A DNA stretch of 64,000 nt from Octopus sinensis. Its lineage: Eukaryota. The stretch is from positions 248,001 to 312,000 of the forward strand of contig NC_043000.1 in assembly GCF_006345805.1 (NCBI RefSeq), given 5' to 3'. Under the pieces are notes generated by a model. That model had not been told where the DNA came from and did no database searches. It saw nothing but the letters and a program-made list of their open reading frames with translations. The translations under genes were made by a program, and so were the position numbers. Positions 1 to 13,441 of this stretch are shown piece after piece; position 1 is the first letter of the stretch, and the number at the start of each line of letters is the position of its first letter.

Positions 1-268
1 GTCATTTTGAGACCTTTTCAACTGTAACGATTAAATAATTAAATTTAGAAAAATTAGAAGAAAAGTTTTTTTAAAGGAATATTTGTATAGTAGTGTTCAA
101 ATATAAGTGGCATTCTGCCTTTCTCTGACTCCCTTGTTTGCACTTGTGTGTTCGAGGTCGTTGTGAATTCTTGGTAGGGTAGAAGAAGAAGAAGGCTGAA
201 GAGGAGAGGGGGTGGAAAAATTTGGGAGTGCATTATTAGCTTTCTTAATGAGGATATCGAGGGAAGTA

Positions 269-1258
269 ATAGAAACAGACATATATTATAAGCCTACAGA
301 CTCTAAGCAATATCTTCCATTCAATTCATGCCACCCCAGGACACACCAGGATGAATATCCCTTCAATCTAGCAAAAATGATATCACTATAGTCTCTAATG
401 CAAACACGAGAGACACACGACTACAGAACTAAAAGATATCCTTATCACCAGGAACTATCCACCTTCACTTATTGACAAGTGCATTCAACGTGCCCTTCAA
501 ATTAAACATCAAGGAACTGAGACATCCCAAATCAAAGAAAAACTTACCACCAAAAGCCTTACCATACATCTCACACACAACCCTCTCAATAACGAAGCCT
601 TCGGCACCATCCTCCACAACATACCCCTCCTAAAAAAAGACCACAAAATGAACACAATCCTCAAACACACACGATCATAAAAGCAAGAGACAGCCTAAAT
701 CCATGAAAAGTCTCCTAACACAAGCTCGAATTCACTCTTCAACACAGAAGCCGACAGTAAAAAAATGTGGAAGACCCAATTGCGGGATATGCGACTATCT
801 AATTGAGGGATCAGAGTTCTCCTTCAAACAGGGATAACGGTTTACAGTGAAAAGAAACTTCACATGTGCTTCGGAGAACCTAATATACTCACTAACCTGC
901 TCCGAGTGTCAAGAGCAGTACGTAGGCCAAACAAAAATAGTTATATTTGCGTAAAAGAATGGCCTGCACAGATCCCAGATAAAATTCCCCAAAACAGAAA
1001 AATAGCTTTCAGCCAACACATAGATACTTGCGCCAACAACAAAACACCAGGCTTCAGGATTTCCCCCTCTACCAATTTAGGGACGATACAACCTCGAGAC
1101 AACGAATAAGTAAAGAAACTCTCTTTATTACAAAATACAGGCCACTTCTTAACGGGTCTACGACAAACGATTATATCCCTAACTTTAGAATAAAGAAATA
1201 CACAACAAATATTACATTCCAAAGAATCCATACTAATCAGCCCCAATCACAGCTATAA
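269..1258 (+). pseudogene. Frameshifted PLE ORF C-terminal half (RT thumb, Cys linker, GIY-YIG endonuclease)
   Basis: Manual translation gives IETDIYYKPTDSKQYLPFNSCHP, CGRPNCGICDYL and FTCASENLIYSLTCSECQEQYVGQT (LIY..YVG), plus KETLFITKYRPLLN. It carries several stops and frameshifts. Confidence 0.85.
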
Positions 1259-1895
1259 TCCATAACATGCCAACTTCAAGTCATACAACACCTCACTACT
1301 TTCACCCATTCATATTCTCCCTTCTCTGTTTCTTCTTCTTCCTCTTCTTCTTCATCATCATCATTATCATCATCATCGTCATCATCATCACCACCATCAT
1401 CATCATCTTCTTCTTCTTCTTCTCCTTCTCCTTCTTTTCTTCATCATCATCATCATCATCAACATCGTCATTCTTCTTCTTCTTCTTCTTTTCTTCTTCT
1501 TCTTCTTCTTCTTCTTCTTCTTTTCTTCTTCTTCTTCTGCTCCACCTCTACCTCTTAACTTTATCACTAATGCTTTTTAGTAAAACACCTACGCAATTCC
1601 ATAAACAAATATCTCAATAGAAATATTCTCCTGAATAGAACTGCAACTGCTAGCCGTCACTGACCATTCAAAATACAACAATCAAGGCACTCCCAAATTT
1701 TCCACCCCCCTCTCCTCTTCAGCCTTCTTCTTCTTATAACCCTACCAGGAATTCACAACGACCTCGAACACACAAGTGCAAACAAGGGAGTCAGAGAAAG
1801 GCAGAATGCCACTTATATTTGAAACACTACTATAGAAATATTGCTTTAAAAAAACTTTTCTTCTAATTTTTCTAAATTTAATTATTTAATCGTTA

Positions 1896-1932
1896 CAGTT
1901 GAAAAGGTCTCAAATGACCGAAACCGGTACTG
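1896..1932 (+). ncRNA. Minimal type I hammerhead ribozyme, U3-A8 variant
   Basis: CAG TTGAAAA GGTC-tcaaat-GACC GAAA CCGG TA CTG. Helix I is CAG/CTG, helix II GGTC/GACC, helix III the palindrome ACCGGT, and the triplet is GUA. Confidence 0.7.
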
Positions 1933-2009
1933 AAATGTTCTTTATAAAATTATTTTAGCATTTTCTATTTTGACTTGTTTTTTCATATATATATATATAT
2001 ATATATGTA

Positions 2010-2419
2010 GGCGCAGGAGTGGCTGTGTGGTAAGTAGCTTGCTTACCAACCACATGGTTCCGGGTTCAGTCCCACTGCGTGGCACCTTGGGCAAGTGTCT
2101 TCTACTATAGGTTCGGTTCGACCAAAGCCTTGTGAGTGGATTTGGGAGACGGAAACTGAAAGAAGCCCGTCGTATATATGTATATGTATATGTATGTGTG
2201 TGTTTGTGTCTGTGCTTGTCCCCCCCTAACATCGCTTGACAACCGATGCTGGTGTGTTTACATCCCCTTAACTTAGTGGCTCGGCAAAAGAGAACGATAG
2301 AATAAGTACTAGGCTTACAAACACTAAGTCCTGGGGTCGATTTCCTCGACTAAATGCAGTGTTCCAGCATGGCCGCAGTCAAATGACTGAAACAAGTAAA
2401 AGAGTAAAAGAGTAAAAAG
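2010..2419 (+). mobile_element. tRNA-derived SINE family A
   Basis: Box A/B-like head (TGGCTGTGTGG...GGTTCAGTCCC), internal microsatellite and (AGTAAAAG)n tail. About 20 copies or fragments occur in the window. Confidence 0.9.
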
Positions 2420-2429
2420 TATATATATA

Positions 2430-3302
2430 CTAGCTTAAGGTGACCCGCTCTACGCGCGGGTGAGGTTGTGGTTGTTACTTTCTGTTGCTTCCTTTCTGTT
2501 TCTTATCGCCACATTCTCCCACTTTGTTTCTCTCGCCTTTCTCTCTCACTTTCCCACTCTCTTACTCTTCATTTCTCTCGGACTTTCCCTAGCTTTCTCT
2601 TACTCTCTATCTTTCTCTATCTATCTCTCAAAAGATCTTGAGTAAGTTGAGAAAGAAAATATTTTTACGCTTCTTAAACCCTTCGTCGTTATTCTCATTC
2701 ACTCATTATTACTTTCTCCCTTCCTTTCACTTTCTCTCTATAACGTCGTTTGATAGCGTCTACTATCTTTCCTCCGCCGCCTTTGCCAGCGCTGTCCCCC
2801 CTCTCTCTCTACGTCTGTCTGCATTCATAGAGAGAATTATCATCGCCACTACCACCACCATACAATCATGAGAATATTTCTTTCTATATATAGATAGAGA
2901 GAGAGGGGGAGAGGGAAAGTAATAATGAGTGAATGAGAATAACGTCGAAGGGTTTAAAAAGCGTAAAAATATTGAAGGCGGTGGAGGAAAGATAGTAGAC
3001 GCTATGAAACGACGTTCTAGAGAGAAATTGAAAGGAAGGGAGGAAAGAGAGAGAGAGAGAGAGAGATGGAGGAAGACAGGCAGATAAAAGAATGAGAGGA
3101 GACTTGTCAAAGTGTGCATTTTTCGCCCTAGCAACGACACCTTTTAAGATAGGGATTTCTAACTTAGCCCACTCTCATCCTCACCTCATTTTACATGTCT
3201 CTGTAAATTTTGGAGTTAATCCGACGGGATCTAGTGGCCTTTAACCCGTTCCAATGCCAAAACCAGACAAACTTTTTGCATTTCAGAATTATAATATAGA
3301 GA
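2430..3302 (-). mobile_element. Non-autonomous Helitron
   Basis: On the minus strand it starts TCTCTATATT and ends with a hairpin (CCCGC..GCGGG) followed by CTAG at 2430-2433. Confidence 0.7.
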
Positions 3303-3420
3303 CTAGCTTAAGGTGACCCGCTCTATGTGCGTGTGATGTTTTGCTTGTTGGACCAATTTATTAATGTAGCATTGTTTTATTGTTTTAAAACGAAAGAGGC
3401 AATGCGTTTATTAAAAAAAA
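3303..3420 (-). mobile_element. 3' end of a second Helitron copy, head-to-tail with 2430-3302 (far end unresolved)
   Basis: Repeats CTAGCTTAAGGTGACCCGCTCTA of 2430-2452. Confidence 0.6.
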
Positions 3421-5153
3421 AAAAGACAAACGTCCGCCAATGGGAAGACAGTTCATATTCGATTAGAGCACTCTGGGTATAATCATAAAATTGAAAACTG
3501 GAATTTCGGTGGCGTATATTGTCGGGGACTCTAAATAAAAATTTTTTAACCTGCAGGAAGATAGTTTAAACCAAAAAAGGCAGACTGTAAACTCACAGCT
3601 GCAATAGTGTATGAAATTAGAATTCACACCCAGCTCAGTTTTGTAGAAAGAGTATCGCGACGTGAACGCATGAGTTGGGAGTTTGACTGACAGAGGTTAT
3701 ATGGTGACACATGCCAGTCCTTTTGACACCACCTAAACAATGGAACAGTGTATAAAATGTAATTAACAACTCATTTATAATAAATAACGTCATATCTTAT
3801 CAAGGGATACAAGTATGGTTTTTGCAACAGATACGGCATCTATGTTGTTAACCTGTATTTCGCGTCACTTCATTCTGATTCGCTATCATCTGCAATATTG
3901 TAGTTAAGGTTTTGTGAAGTAATGAATGGAGGCCTACAGTTTAATTTAGGTTTAGTCTTTTTTAATCTTAGAAATTTAAACGGTTTCTTCTTCTCACTTA
4001 GCATGCGGAATAAATTCTGTCTTCAGTTCCGTCAATATATATCATTGCACTTTTCTGATAATTCATCGTATGTTCCTGTTAAATACGAAACTCAGGAGTT
4101 TGTTTGCCACTGGTTCGCTTCTCTTTTTCTCTTCTTTTTCCAGCTCTTCACTCTCGTTGCGGATTGCGATCAAGGTTCGACCATCTGCCTCCTCCCGCTC
4201 GCCCTCGCAAAAAAAAAAAAATAGAAAAGAACAGTAAAAGAGGCGCCAGCAAGTGCCCGGCTTGTCAGGCCTGTAGCTGCCCGTACATGCTGGTACGTTC
4301 TGCCGCACCGCCACCTGGTTTCCGTCGGGCCACAGAGTGGTGGTGCAGCACCTGGCGGAAACGAGTGTTTGCCGAGTAAAACGGTTTTCGATCCGACAGC
4401 CGTGCACCAACCTGATACGGACATAGGTATGGGTTAAGCGAGTGAGCTGGGTTTATTGTTTCGAAAGGTAAAGACAAGTTTGAAACTTTGAGAACTGTGG
4501 TACCAAATTTCAATTTGATAGCTAATTGTGATTATCATTTGGCATAAGCTTTAGAATGGTGGCCAAAAGGCCTTTTGTTATTTGTTGCGAGTATTTACAA
4601 CATGCTTTTAAATCCCATCGAGTTCACCTTTGCCATTCATCTTTCTGAAATCACAAGACAGTTAGTCGCCCGCTGACACTCATTGACGCTACATTGAAGA
4701 GGCCAGGGAACAGAAGAAAGAAGACATGCACCCAACACCAGAGCTGAAGACACCTCCGAAAGGTGGGGGGGGGGGCGCGCCACATCAAAACGGTAGAGGA
4801 GTAGGGGCCGAAACCAGATATGGTTCCTCCTGATGATGTCTTGAGCTAACTGGATCCAATAAAGGAGCTGTTGTGGTAGCAGACCACGAAACACGGTTGA
4901 AATTCCATGTAACAGTCAAGTACAAATTTCGATATAACTGACTGTATCCGGCCCCCAAACTTCTGACCTTTGACCTAGTATGAAAAAGAAGCCGTAGTTT
5001 GACAGAGTTATTAGAATATTGAGCAGTATTTGTTCAACGTTTTAGGTTCTGAGTTCGAATGTTATCAAAGTCAGTTTTGCCTAATATGTTTCTGAAGATT
5101 CAATAGAATAAAATGCCAGTGAAGTACGGGGTTTGTATCATTAATTAATTAAC

Positions 5154-5486
<333 letters not shown>

Positions 5487-5565
5487 TAAGAGGGATGACC
5501 ACTACGTGGACATCCATTATGTTAGAAGTAGATCCACTATGTTCATACCACTAAGAAAGGAATGT

Positions 5566-5615
<50 letters not shown>

Positions 5616-5717
5616 AATAGTCTTTATATGAATATTCATTTTCATACATGCAAACATTCTTTCACTCGCTTGTCTCACACACATCTATACACATACAAAA
5701 AGAAACACACACACACA

Positions 5718-5797
<80 letters not shown>

Positions 5798-6161
5798 AAC
5801 ATGCATAGCTTAGACTGATGTCGCGAGGCAAATAAAAAAAAAGACTACACATGATCAGACAGGGACAATCCAATGTTAGAAAGAGACCCATACACATCCA
5901 TAGACCTACCTTATTTAAACTGCAGTTGTACAATTATGAAGCAGTACACTTCACCGCACTCGTTCTTTGCAGGGTATCTACAGTGTTTAGCCCTTAGCAC
6001 AGTTTGTAAAACCCCTCTGGGATCATGTCTTAATTGAGTTTAGCATGACATAGTAGGGGGTATGAAGTTGAAACTAATAATAAATACAGAATGCTGGAGC
6101 CGAAATTTCACTGGCATTTGCTGAAGTTTCATCGTCATCATCATAATCATCATAATCATGA

Positions 6162-6276
<115 letters not shown>

Positions 6277-6355
6277 TTATTGTCTTAAGTTGAATCTACC
6301 TTGTACAGGTTTAGGGATGCTATATATTAATGTGTGTGGTGCGTGCATTATATAT

Positions 6356-6408
<53 letters not shown>

Positions 6409-6672
6409 TCTATATAAATCTTTAGTTAAATATATTCAATGAGAATATTATATACTGAATTTATATTGAGTGGTCTATTGTATCAAAGTATTAATACCAT
6501 TAATGTATTTATATATTTAATATGAGCGATTATTAATATATATTTTTTTTGATAATATATTATAAAAAAATATTTATCTTCATATATATATATATATATA
6601 TATATATGCGTGAATATATAAATATATACGTGAATATATAAACATATACGTGAATGTATACATGTATGTATG

Positions 6673-6735
<63 letters not shown>

Positions 6736-7184
6736 TATACATACATACATACATACATGTATATATTCACGTATATTTTATATATTCACACACGTGTAAA
6801 TCACTATATGTACTGTGTGTGTCTTAATTATGCTTACGTATGCATGTACACAGTGTGTTTCGTCAGATTTGACCCCTAACAGATTTCGATTTAAGGGTTT
6901 TGTAAGCCGATCGCTGTGACCGATGATCCTCCTTCAGCTTTCCATGCTGTGAGATCACATCCCCGATCTATGTGATTACAAAGCCAACTTCTTCACTGCA
7001 CAGCTCTACGTGGCCTCTTCAGTTTCTTTTTTCCTACATAAAATAGTAATCAAACAGATGAGAAAAATTGCAAAGAAAGCAGGAGCCAGCACCATTGCTC
7101 GATTAGAATTTTCTTTTACGCATGATATTAATGCGAGCTGTAAAGTGCGTATGATTTAGCAGAGGAGATTCACGAATTTAAGCG

Positions 7185-7626
7185 GGATCTTTTCGGTTTG
7201 AACGGCAGTTTTTAACATAATTTCTAGGTAACTAAAAAATTTTAAACTTCGTATACTGTTAGAATGTGTTTATAAAACATCTTTTTCTCTTGGCTTTATT
7301 GAGAAAATTCTATAGTTTGTAAGATATTTGTTGTTTTTTTCCTTCAATTTCTGCAATTTCAACCAATCAAATACGTATATTGGGGTAAAAAAAACATTCT
7401 CTGCCGTATGAATATATCCCTCGTATAAGAAACAGATTGGGTTTATTTACATTTGTGAAGAAAAAAAGATGCCCTTCCCCCCATCCTAACCCTAACCCCA
7501 ACCCTAACCCTAACCCTAACCCTAAAACAGATTGAAATGCAATAGATCGATACTAGGGTCATAATTATGGGTGACAATTTCATATGACACCGCTAGAAAA
7601 AACTGCCGTTCAAACCGAAAAGATCC
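7185..7626. mobile_element. MITE with 29-bp TIRs (GGATCTTTTCGGTTTGAACGGCAGTTTTT), Merlin-like
   Basis: Perfect TIRs at 7185-7213 and 7598-7626. Flanks TTTAAGCG/TTTGAGCA look like a decayed 8-bp TSD. Internal (CCCTAA)n at ~7485-7525. Confidence 0.85.
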
Positions 7627-8682
7627 TTTGAGCAGATACTTAAATCATAAAACAACATCATACAGGATTTGTTCGTGCTGCTGAACTTCTTTGATGGAGT
7701 CCAAATGCAATGGATATAGGAGAGTATTGTAGTTCGCTTGAAGCATTGTGTATTGTTTGTAAAGAATAAAAAGTTCTGAATGGTATAACAATGCACTATA
7801 ATACAGACAATGGGCTATTTACCTGTTGTAATTTAGTCATCCATAGTCTGAAATGATATTTCAGAATAATATTCCTTCTTCAGGTATTCTTAGATGGAGT
7901 CGCTGCTATAATCGATTTTTTTTAGCGGCTTTTCTTTCTTATATAGTGGGAGCGTCTCAGCAGTGGTCTCACGATGCTCCTTCCGGAATTCCTCATGAGA
8001 AGTGTGTGAGGTCGGCCATGTCTCAATCTTGTATGCGCGGGTACATCCGTAGCGCTGCTTCTAAGTTACATATTATACGTGCAGCTTCCTTTTTTTCCCC
8101 TTCTTTTTTTTTACTCTTCTCTTCTTTTTTTTTTTGTAATAAACTACAGATGAGCATATTATCAATTGAGCTTAATTTTTTGTTTCATCAAGCAGGTACC
8201 TACTTTGGAAGCTTCAGAAAGAAAGACTATTATAACTTTTCCAGTCTTTGTACTAGGCTCTTACTATATTTGTCAGTCTTTCTTTTCACTACCTAATATT
8301 TGTGCGAAATCAAGGCTTCGGTAGTTTCTTTCATATCCTGTCTCTTGAAGATACTTACAGTCAACTTGAGTTATATAATTAAACACACAGAAGCCTCCCA
8401 AGATTTGTAACTTTAAAAGAATGTTACCTAACAGGCGAACCTACTTCGATGTATCTGTTTATAATGCATATGTCTAACTTACGTTGTACATCTTAGATTC
8501 TCTACAGCCATGATCAATACTACATGATCAATACTTGTTTGGAGGTCAAAAGAAATGGTTCAATAGTCAACCAGTTTGAAGAAAAGTGACATAAAGCCTT
8601 TAAAAGACTGCACCCAAAGTAAGGCAACTTAGTTGATTGAAATTTAGTCGCTTAGTCAAAATCAAACCTCTGGCCCACGAGC

Positions 8683-9010
8683 ATGGAGTCTCACCTCTGC
8701 TTTCTTCTAATACTTTACGGGCTTTTCGGCTTCGAGTCACCTCCACTTGAGTACACTCGACTGTCATATCTCAACTTCTCATCTTTACAATACCCATGCT
8801 ATATGCAACATCCAGTCGCAGTGGTCGCAACCAAATTTTCTCACTGGTCCTTTATATCTAGAACATTGCCTCTCTGGAACTGACCCCCACCCCGCCTGCT
8901 CATACATTTTGTGCAGTTGTCGACTTCCAACAGTTTCATTGGAACGTGAACATCAATGTCACTGGCTGCGGGCACTGTCCCTTCCTCTAGAATTCGGGAG
9001 TAAGCAATCA
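8683..9010 (+). pseudogene. 3' fragment of a CR1/L2/Jockey-type LINE ORF2
   Basis: SFISRTLPLWN resembles the SFFPRTxxxWNxLP C-terminal motif. Confidence 0.45.
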
Positions 9011-9074
9011 ATATAATCAAAGTAAAGACTTCTCACTTGAAATATTGGGTTGTCGGATAAATCCGTTTTTTTTT

Positions 9075-9275
9075 GTGTGTTGGACTTATGATCGTAAGAT
9101 TGTGGTTTCGATTCCCGGACCGGAGGATGAGTTGTGTTCTTGGGTAAAACACTTCATTTTATGTTGCTCCAGTCCACCCAACAGGCAAAAGTGAATAATC
9201 CTGCGACGAACCGGTGTCCCGTCCAGGTGGGGGAATATATACGTCATTGAAACCAGGAAACCGGCCTTATGAGTC
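9075..9275 (+). mobile_element. SINE family C (Meta-domain-like), 5'-clipped
   Basis: GGTTTCGATTCCCGGACC box B and TGTGTTCTTGGGTAAAACACTT core, shared with 26575, 38713 and 50000. Confidence 0.75.
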
Positions 9276-9790
9276 TACAAGCTTAAAAGCCGGTCTGCCG
9301 GGCGGTTATTGAGCAAGCTCCTGTGGAGGGCACTTCATTAGTCTTGAGCTCAACAATGACACTTCATGCATTGAAATACATATTAAATTTTATTAAACTT
9401 GATCAATATTTGTCAAGCAATGAACAATTTTCATCAAAACAATGATATAATTTGACGATTTGGAACTTATTGCAAAGCTGCATGATAAACAACTGTACCA
9501 CCACCATCGCCACCACATCTACCATACTCACACAATTCAGACTTTTGACGCCACTACCATCAATACATTTGACTTCGCCGCCTTCCCCTGCACCACCATC
9601 ACCACTGTCTTTCACATCGCTTACTCTCACCGTCATCCCTGACCGCTCAGCTACCGCAACCACCACCATCACTGTCGTCGCCTTCGCCTTTGTCTCAACT
9701 ACGGTTCATACCATTATTATAACCCCATAACCGTTCAGTATGTTAGTCCACTATGTTGGTTCAGTGTTCAGTCCCTCTTTCTCTCATATA

Positions 9791-9834
<44 letters not shown>

Positions 9835-10623
9835 TATTACTTCCACTGTTACCGTCAACGCTACTACTTTAATAAAACATCATCAACTCTCCCTAAATTT
9901 CTTTGTCTCTCTTTCTCTCCCCCCACTCTCTCTTTCTCCCCCCCCACTCTCTCTTTCTCCCCCCCCACTCTCTCTTTCTTTCTGTCTGTCTTCGCCACCG
10001 CTATCACCAACTCTATGCCTACTATAACTCTTCCCCCCAACATGAACAATAGTAGAAGTAGACGTGATGATGATGTTGATGATGATGATGAGGATGATGA
10101 TAATGATGATGATGATGATGTTGATGATAATGATGATATATATAAACAACGGGATTCCAGACAGTTTCCGCTTGGCAATTAACTCAAAAGACTGTACCAG
10201 AAGACAATTGACCAAGGTGCTGTGGAACGGGACTGAACATGAAGCTACGTGGTTGCAAAACACACAGCTATGAGTGCGGCTAAAAACAAGAAAAAAATAA
10301 ATAAATAAAACACTCATCGGTTATTGTAATGTTTTCGCTTCTCGTCGGATCTGATGTTTCCCATATGCAGAATTATCAGACCACTGCGGCTGTTATTCTT
10401 CCCGTTCCCCAGCCCCCACTTCTTTTCTCTTTCACAAGAGAAGAAGTTAATTTTTATTTGCTTCAGCAGTGCGAGTCTTGAACATTATGATTTCAAGTAG
10501 CAGCGACAGGGTTTTTTTTTTCTTAAATAACAACTATTTCCGATATACACACACACATACATACATACACACACACACACACACTCACACTCACACACAC
10601 ACATATATACATACATACATACA

Positions 10624-10659
<36 letters not shown>

Positions 10660-11627
10660 TACATATATATACATATAAATATACATATACATATACATAC
10701 ATATACATGCATACAAATACATACATATATATATATATTATACACGCATATATATACACATATGCATATATATATATATTATATATATATGTATATATAC
10801 ATAATTATACATATATATACACACATATATACATATATACATATATATACATATATATGCATATATACATATATACACCACACACAATATAATATATATA
10901 ATATATATACATATAAATATAAATACTTAAATGTATGTATATATATGTATGTATGTATGTATAGTATATATGTATATATGTGTATATATATATTACACTT
11001 TGATCTTGAACATATATATATATATATATATATATCTATATATATATATATATATACATACCTACATACATACATATATAGACACCTTTTCTTTTTTTTT
11101 TCTTTGACTATTTTGTTTTTTATTTCTCTTAGCAATTAGTTTCCCTACCCCTATTGTATAGACTCCATTATTGTAGTCACTTGCTAGTTGTTAATTGTTC
11201 CTTGTATTGTTATCTTTATATATTTTCGTCATATTTCCCCCTCTTGTTTTAATTTTTTCTTTAGCATCATTCAATCGTATTTCTTTCCGTTTGTCTCTCC
11301 TTACTCTTTATTACCTCCACCTACTTCTTCGACAAGTAGAAAGCTAGCATGGGGTAAATAAACTCTTGTTTTATTAGCGAATTTTCTAGTGTTCCATATA
11401 GTGTAACAGGAATTCATAATTTATATGATAATTGATATTGTGAATAAGCCGTGATGTGTATAGGGAGGCGTAGAGGCTTTCAGAGACTTGCTTACCGCAA
11501 ACTATATCAGTCGAACATATTAGAACTTGTATGTGATGAGCCGAGGTCTCAATACCGTGTTCAATACACCTCACTTCGTTTACGTCATTAAGAGAATTTG
11601 GAAATGCATGTTTTACACAACGTCCCA

Positions 11628-12016
11628 GGATCTATTCCAGCTCAATCACATATTTTTTTAACTAATGTTTATTTAATTAAACAGTTTGAAAGTTTGGACA
11701 CTGGTAGAATTTCTCACGTAGAACACGGTTTACTCTGATAAAATTTCGTAGTCGTGGCCGATGCCAGTGCCGTTCTCTTCGATCACAATCGCAAACAGCT
11801 GTAGCTTTCTTCAACCGAATACACGTCGTTAATTGGTTGAAATTAACCAAATACATCTTTAACACGAAATAACTGCCAAAATACAAAATTTTGTCAAAGA
11901 CATTCAGAGTAAATCGTGTTCTATGTGAGAAATCCTACCAGTATTCGAAGTTTCAACCTGTTTAGTTAAAAAAAAAAATTAATTAAAAAAATATGTGACT
12001 GAGATGGAATAGATCC
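11628..12016. mobile_element. GGATC-terminal MITE with 8-bp TSD (Merlin-like)
   Basis: TIRs GGATCTATTCCAGCTCAATCACATATTTTTT / AAAAAATATGTGACTGAGATGGAATAGATCC. Flanks ACGTCCCA/ACATCTCA differ by two transitions. Confidence 0.85.
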
Positions 12017-12089
12017 ACATCTCATTTCGCCTTTTCTAAAATCTATTTGACCAGGAAGCAAGCGTTAAATTATTGATTGAATCATTTAT

Positions 12090-12835
12090 CCTTTATTTGT
12101 TCCAGTCATTAGACTGTGACCATGCTGGGGCATCGCCTTGAATGAATCGACCTCAGTACTTATTTTTTTAAAGCCCAAGATGTATTCTATCGGTGTCTTT
12201 TGCCGAACTCATAAGTTACGGAGACGTAAACACACCAACACCGGTCGTCAAGCAGTGGTGGGGGACAAACACAGACACAAAGGCACGTACACAGGCGATG
12301 AGATTCTTTCAGTTTCTGTCTACGAAATCCACTTGCAAGGCTCGTGTCTATAGTAGAAGACACTTGCCCAAGGTGCTACGCAGAGGGACTGAACCCGGAA
12401 CCATGTGCATGGGAAATAAATTCCTTACCACACAGCTATGCCTGCGTTTGTATCTTTTACTTGTTTCAGTAATTAGACTGCGGCCCTTTTGGGGCACCGC
12501 CTCGAAGGGTTTATTCTTAGAAATCGAAGAAATGGACCCAAATATGTATTTCATTAATTTGGGAGTTCATTTTATCGGTTTCCCCTTTGCCGACCTGCTA
12601 ACGTTACAGGAATGTAAACAAGCTGTGACCGGTTGTCAAGCGGTCAGATAAAAAAATACAAACATGCGCGCGCGCACACACACGCACACACACGACGGGC
12701 CTCTCAGCTTCCATGTAGCAAATCCAATTCTAGAATAGCTACGCCCCGGGGCTATTCTAGAAGACACACGCACAAGGTTGCCATGCAACAGAACTGAAAT
12801 GCAAGTCGTGCAAGCTTCTTAATCACTTAGCCTTA
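12090..12835 (-). mobile_element. Two adjacent old SINE-A copies
   Basis: Diverged reverse-complement matches to 2010-2419. Confidence 0.75.
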
Positions 12836-13032
12836 CTTTCTCCTTTCTCTTTTTTCCTTTCCTTCATTTTTACAGATCGGGATAACATTTGAACACGGAA
12901 CAGTTAGATCACAATGTAGATACTAGAAATTGCCCAGTGTAATTACCACTCCGCTACGCCAATCTCCAATCCACAAACTGCCAAACTTTTGTTAATGATC
13001 AACTTATTATTTCTTTACTTATATACTTATAT

Positions 13033-13425
13033 AGGCGCAGGAGTGGCTGTGTGGTAAGTAGCTTGCTAACCAACCACATGGTTCCGGGTTCAGTCCCACT
13101 GCGTGGCATCTTGGGCAAGTGTCTTCTGCTATAGCCCCGGGCCGACCAATGCCTTGTGAGTGGATTTGGTAGACGGAAACTGAAAGAAGCCCGTCGTATA
13201 TATATATATACGTATGCGGGGGGTGTTTGTGTGTCTGTGTTTGTCCCCCTAGCATTGCTTGATAACCGATGCTCCCCGTCGCTTAGCGGTTCGGCATAAA
13301 AGACCGATAGAATAAGTACTGGGCTTACAAAGAATAAGTTCCGGGGTCGATTTGCTCGACTAAAGGCGGTGCTCCAGCATGGCCGCAGTCAAATGACTGA
13401 AACAAGTAAAAGAGAGTAAAGAGTA
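13033..13425 (+). mobile_element. SINE family A
   Basis: Near-identical to 2010-2419. Confidence 0.9.
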
Positions 13426-13441
13426 TACATATATACATACT

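Larger units (their letters stand above)
1..1985 (+). mobile_element. Decayed 5'-truncated Penelope-like element (Neptune-like) with inverted pseudo-LTRs
   Basis: 1-231 is the reverse complement of ~1688-1918. The interior encodes PLE RT-thumb/linker and GIY-YIG motifs. There is an HHR at the 3' end, and the element ends in (TA)n. Confidence 0.88.

Noticed and set aside
7485-7525. Telomere or fusion remnant
   Set aside because: Short tract lying inside a TIR-bounded MITE.
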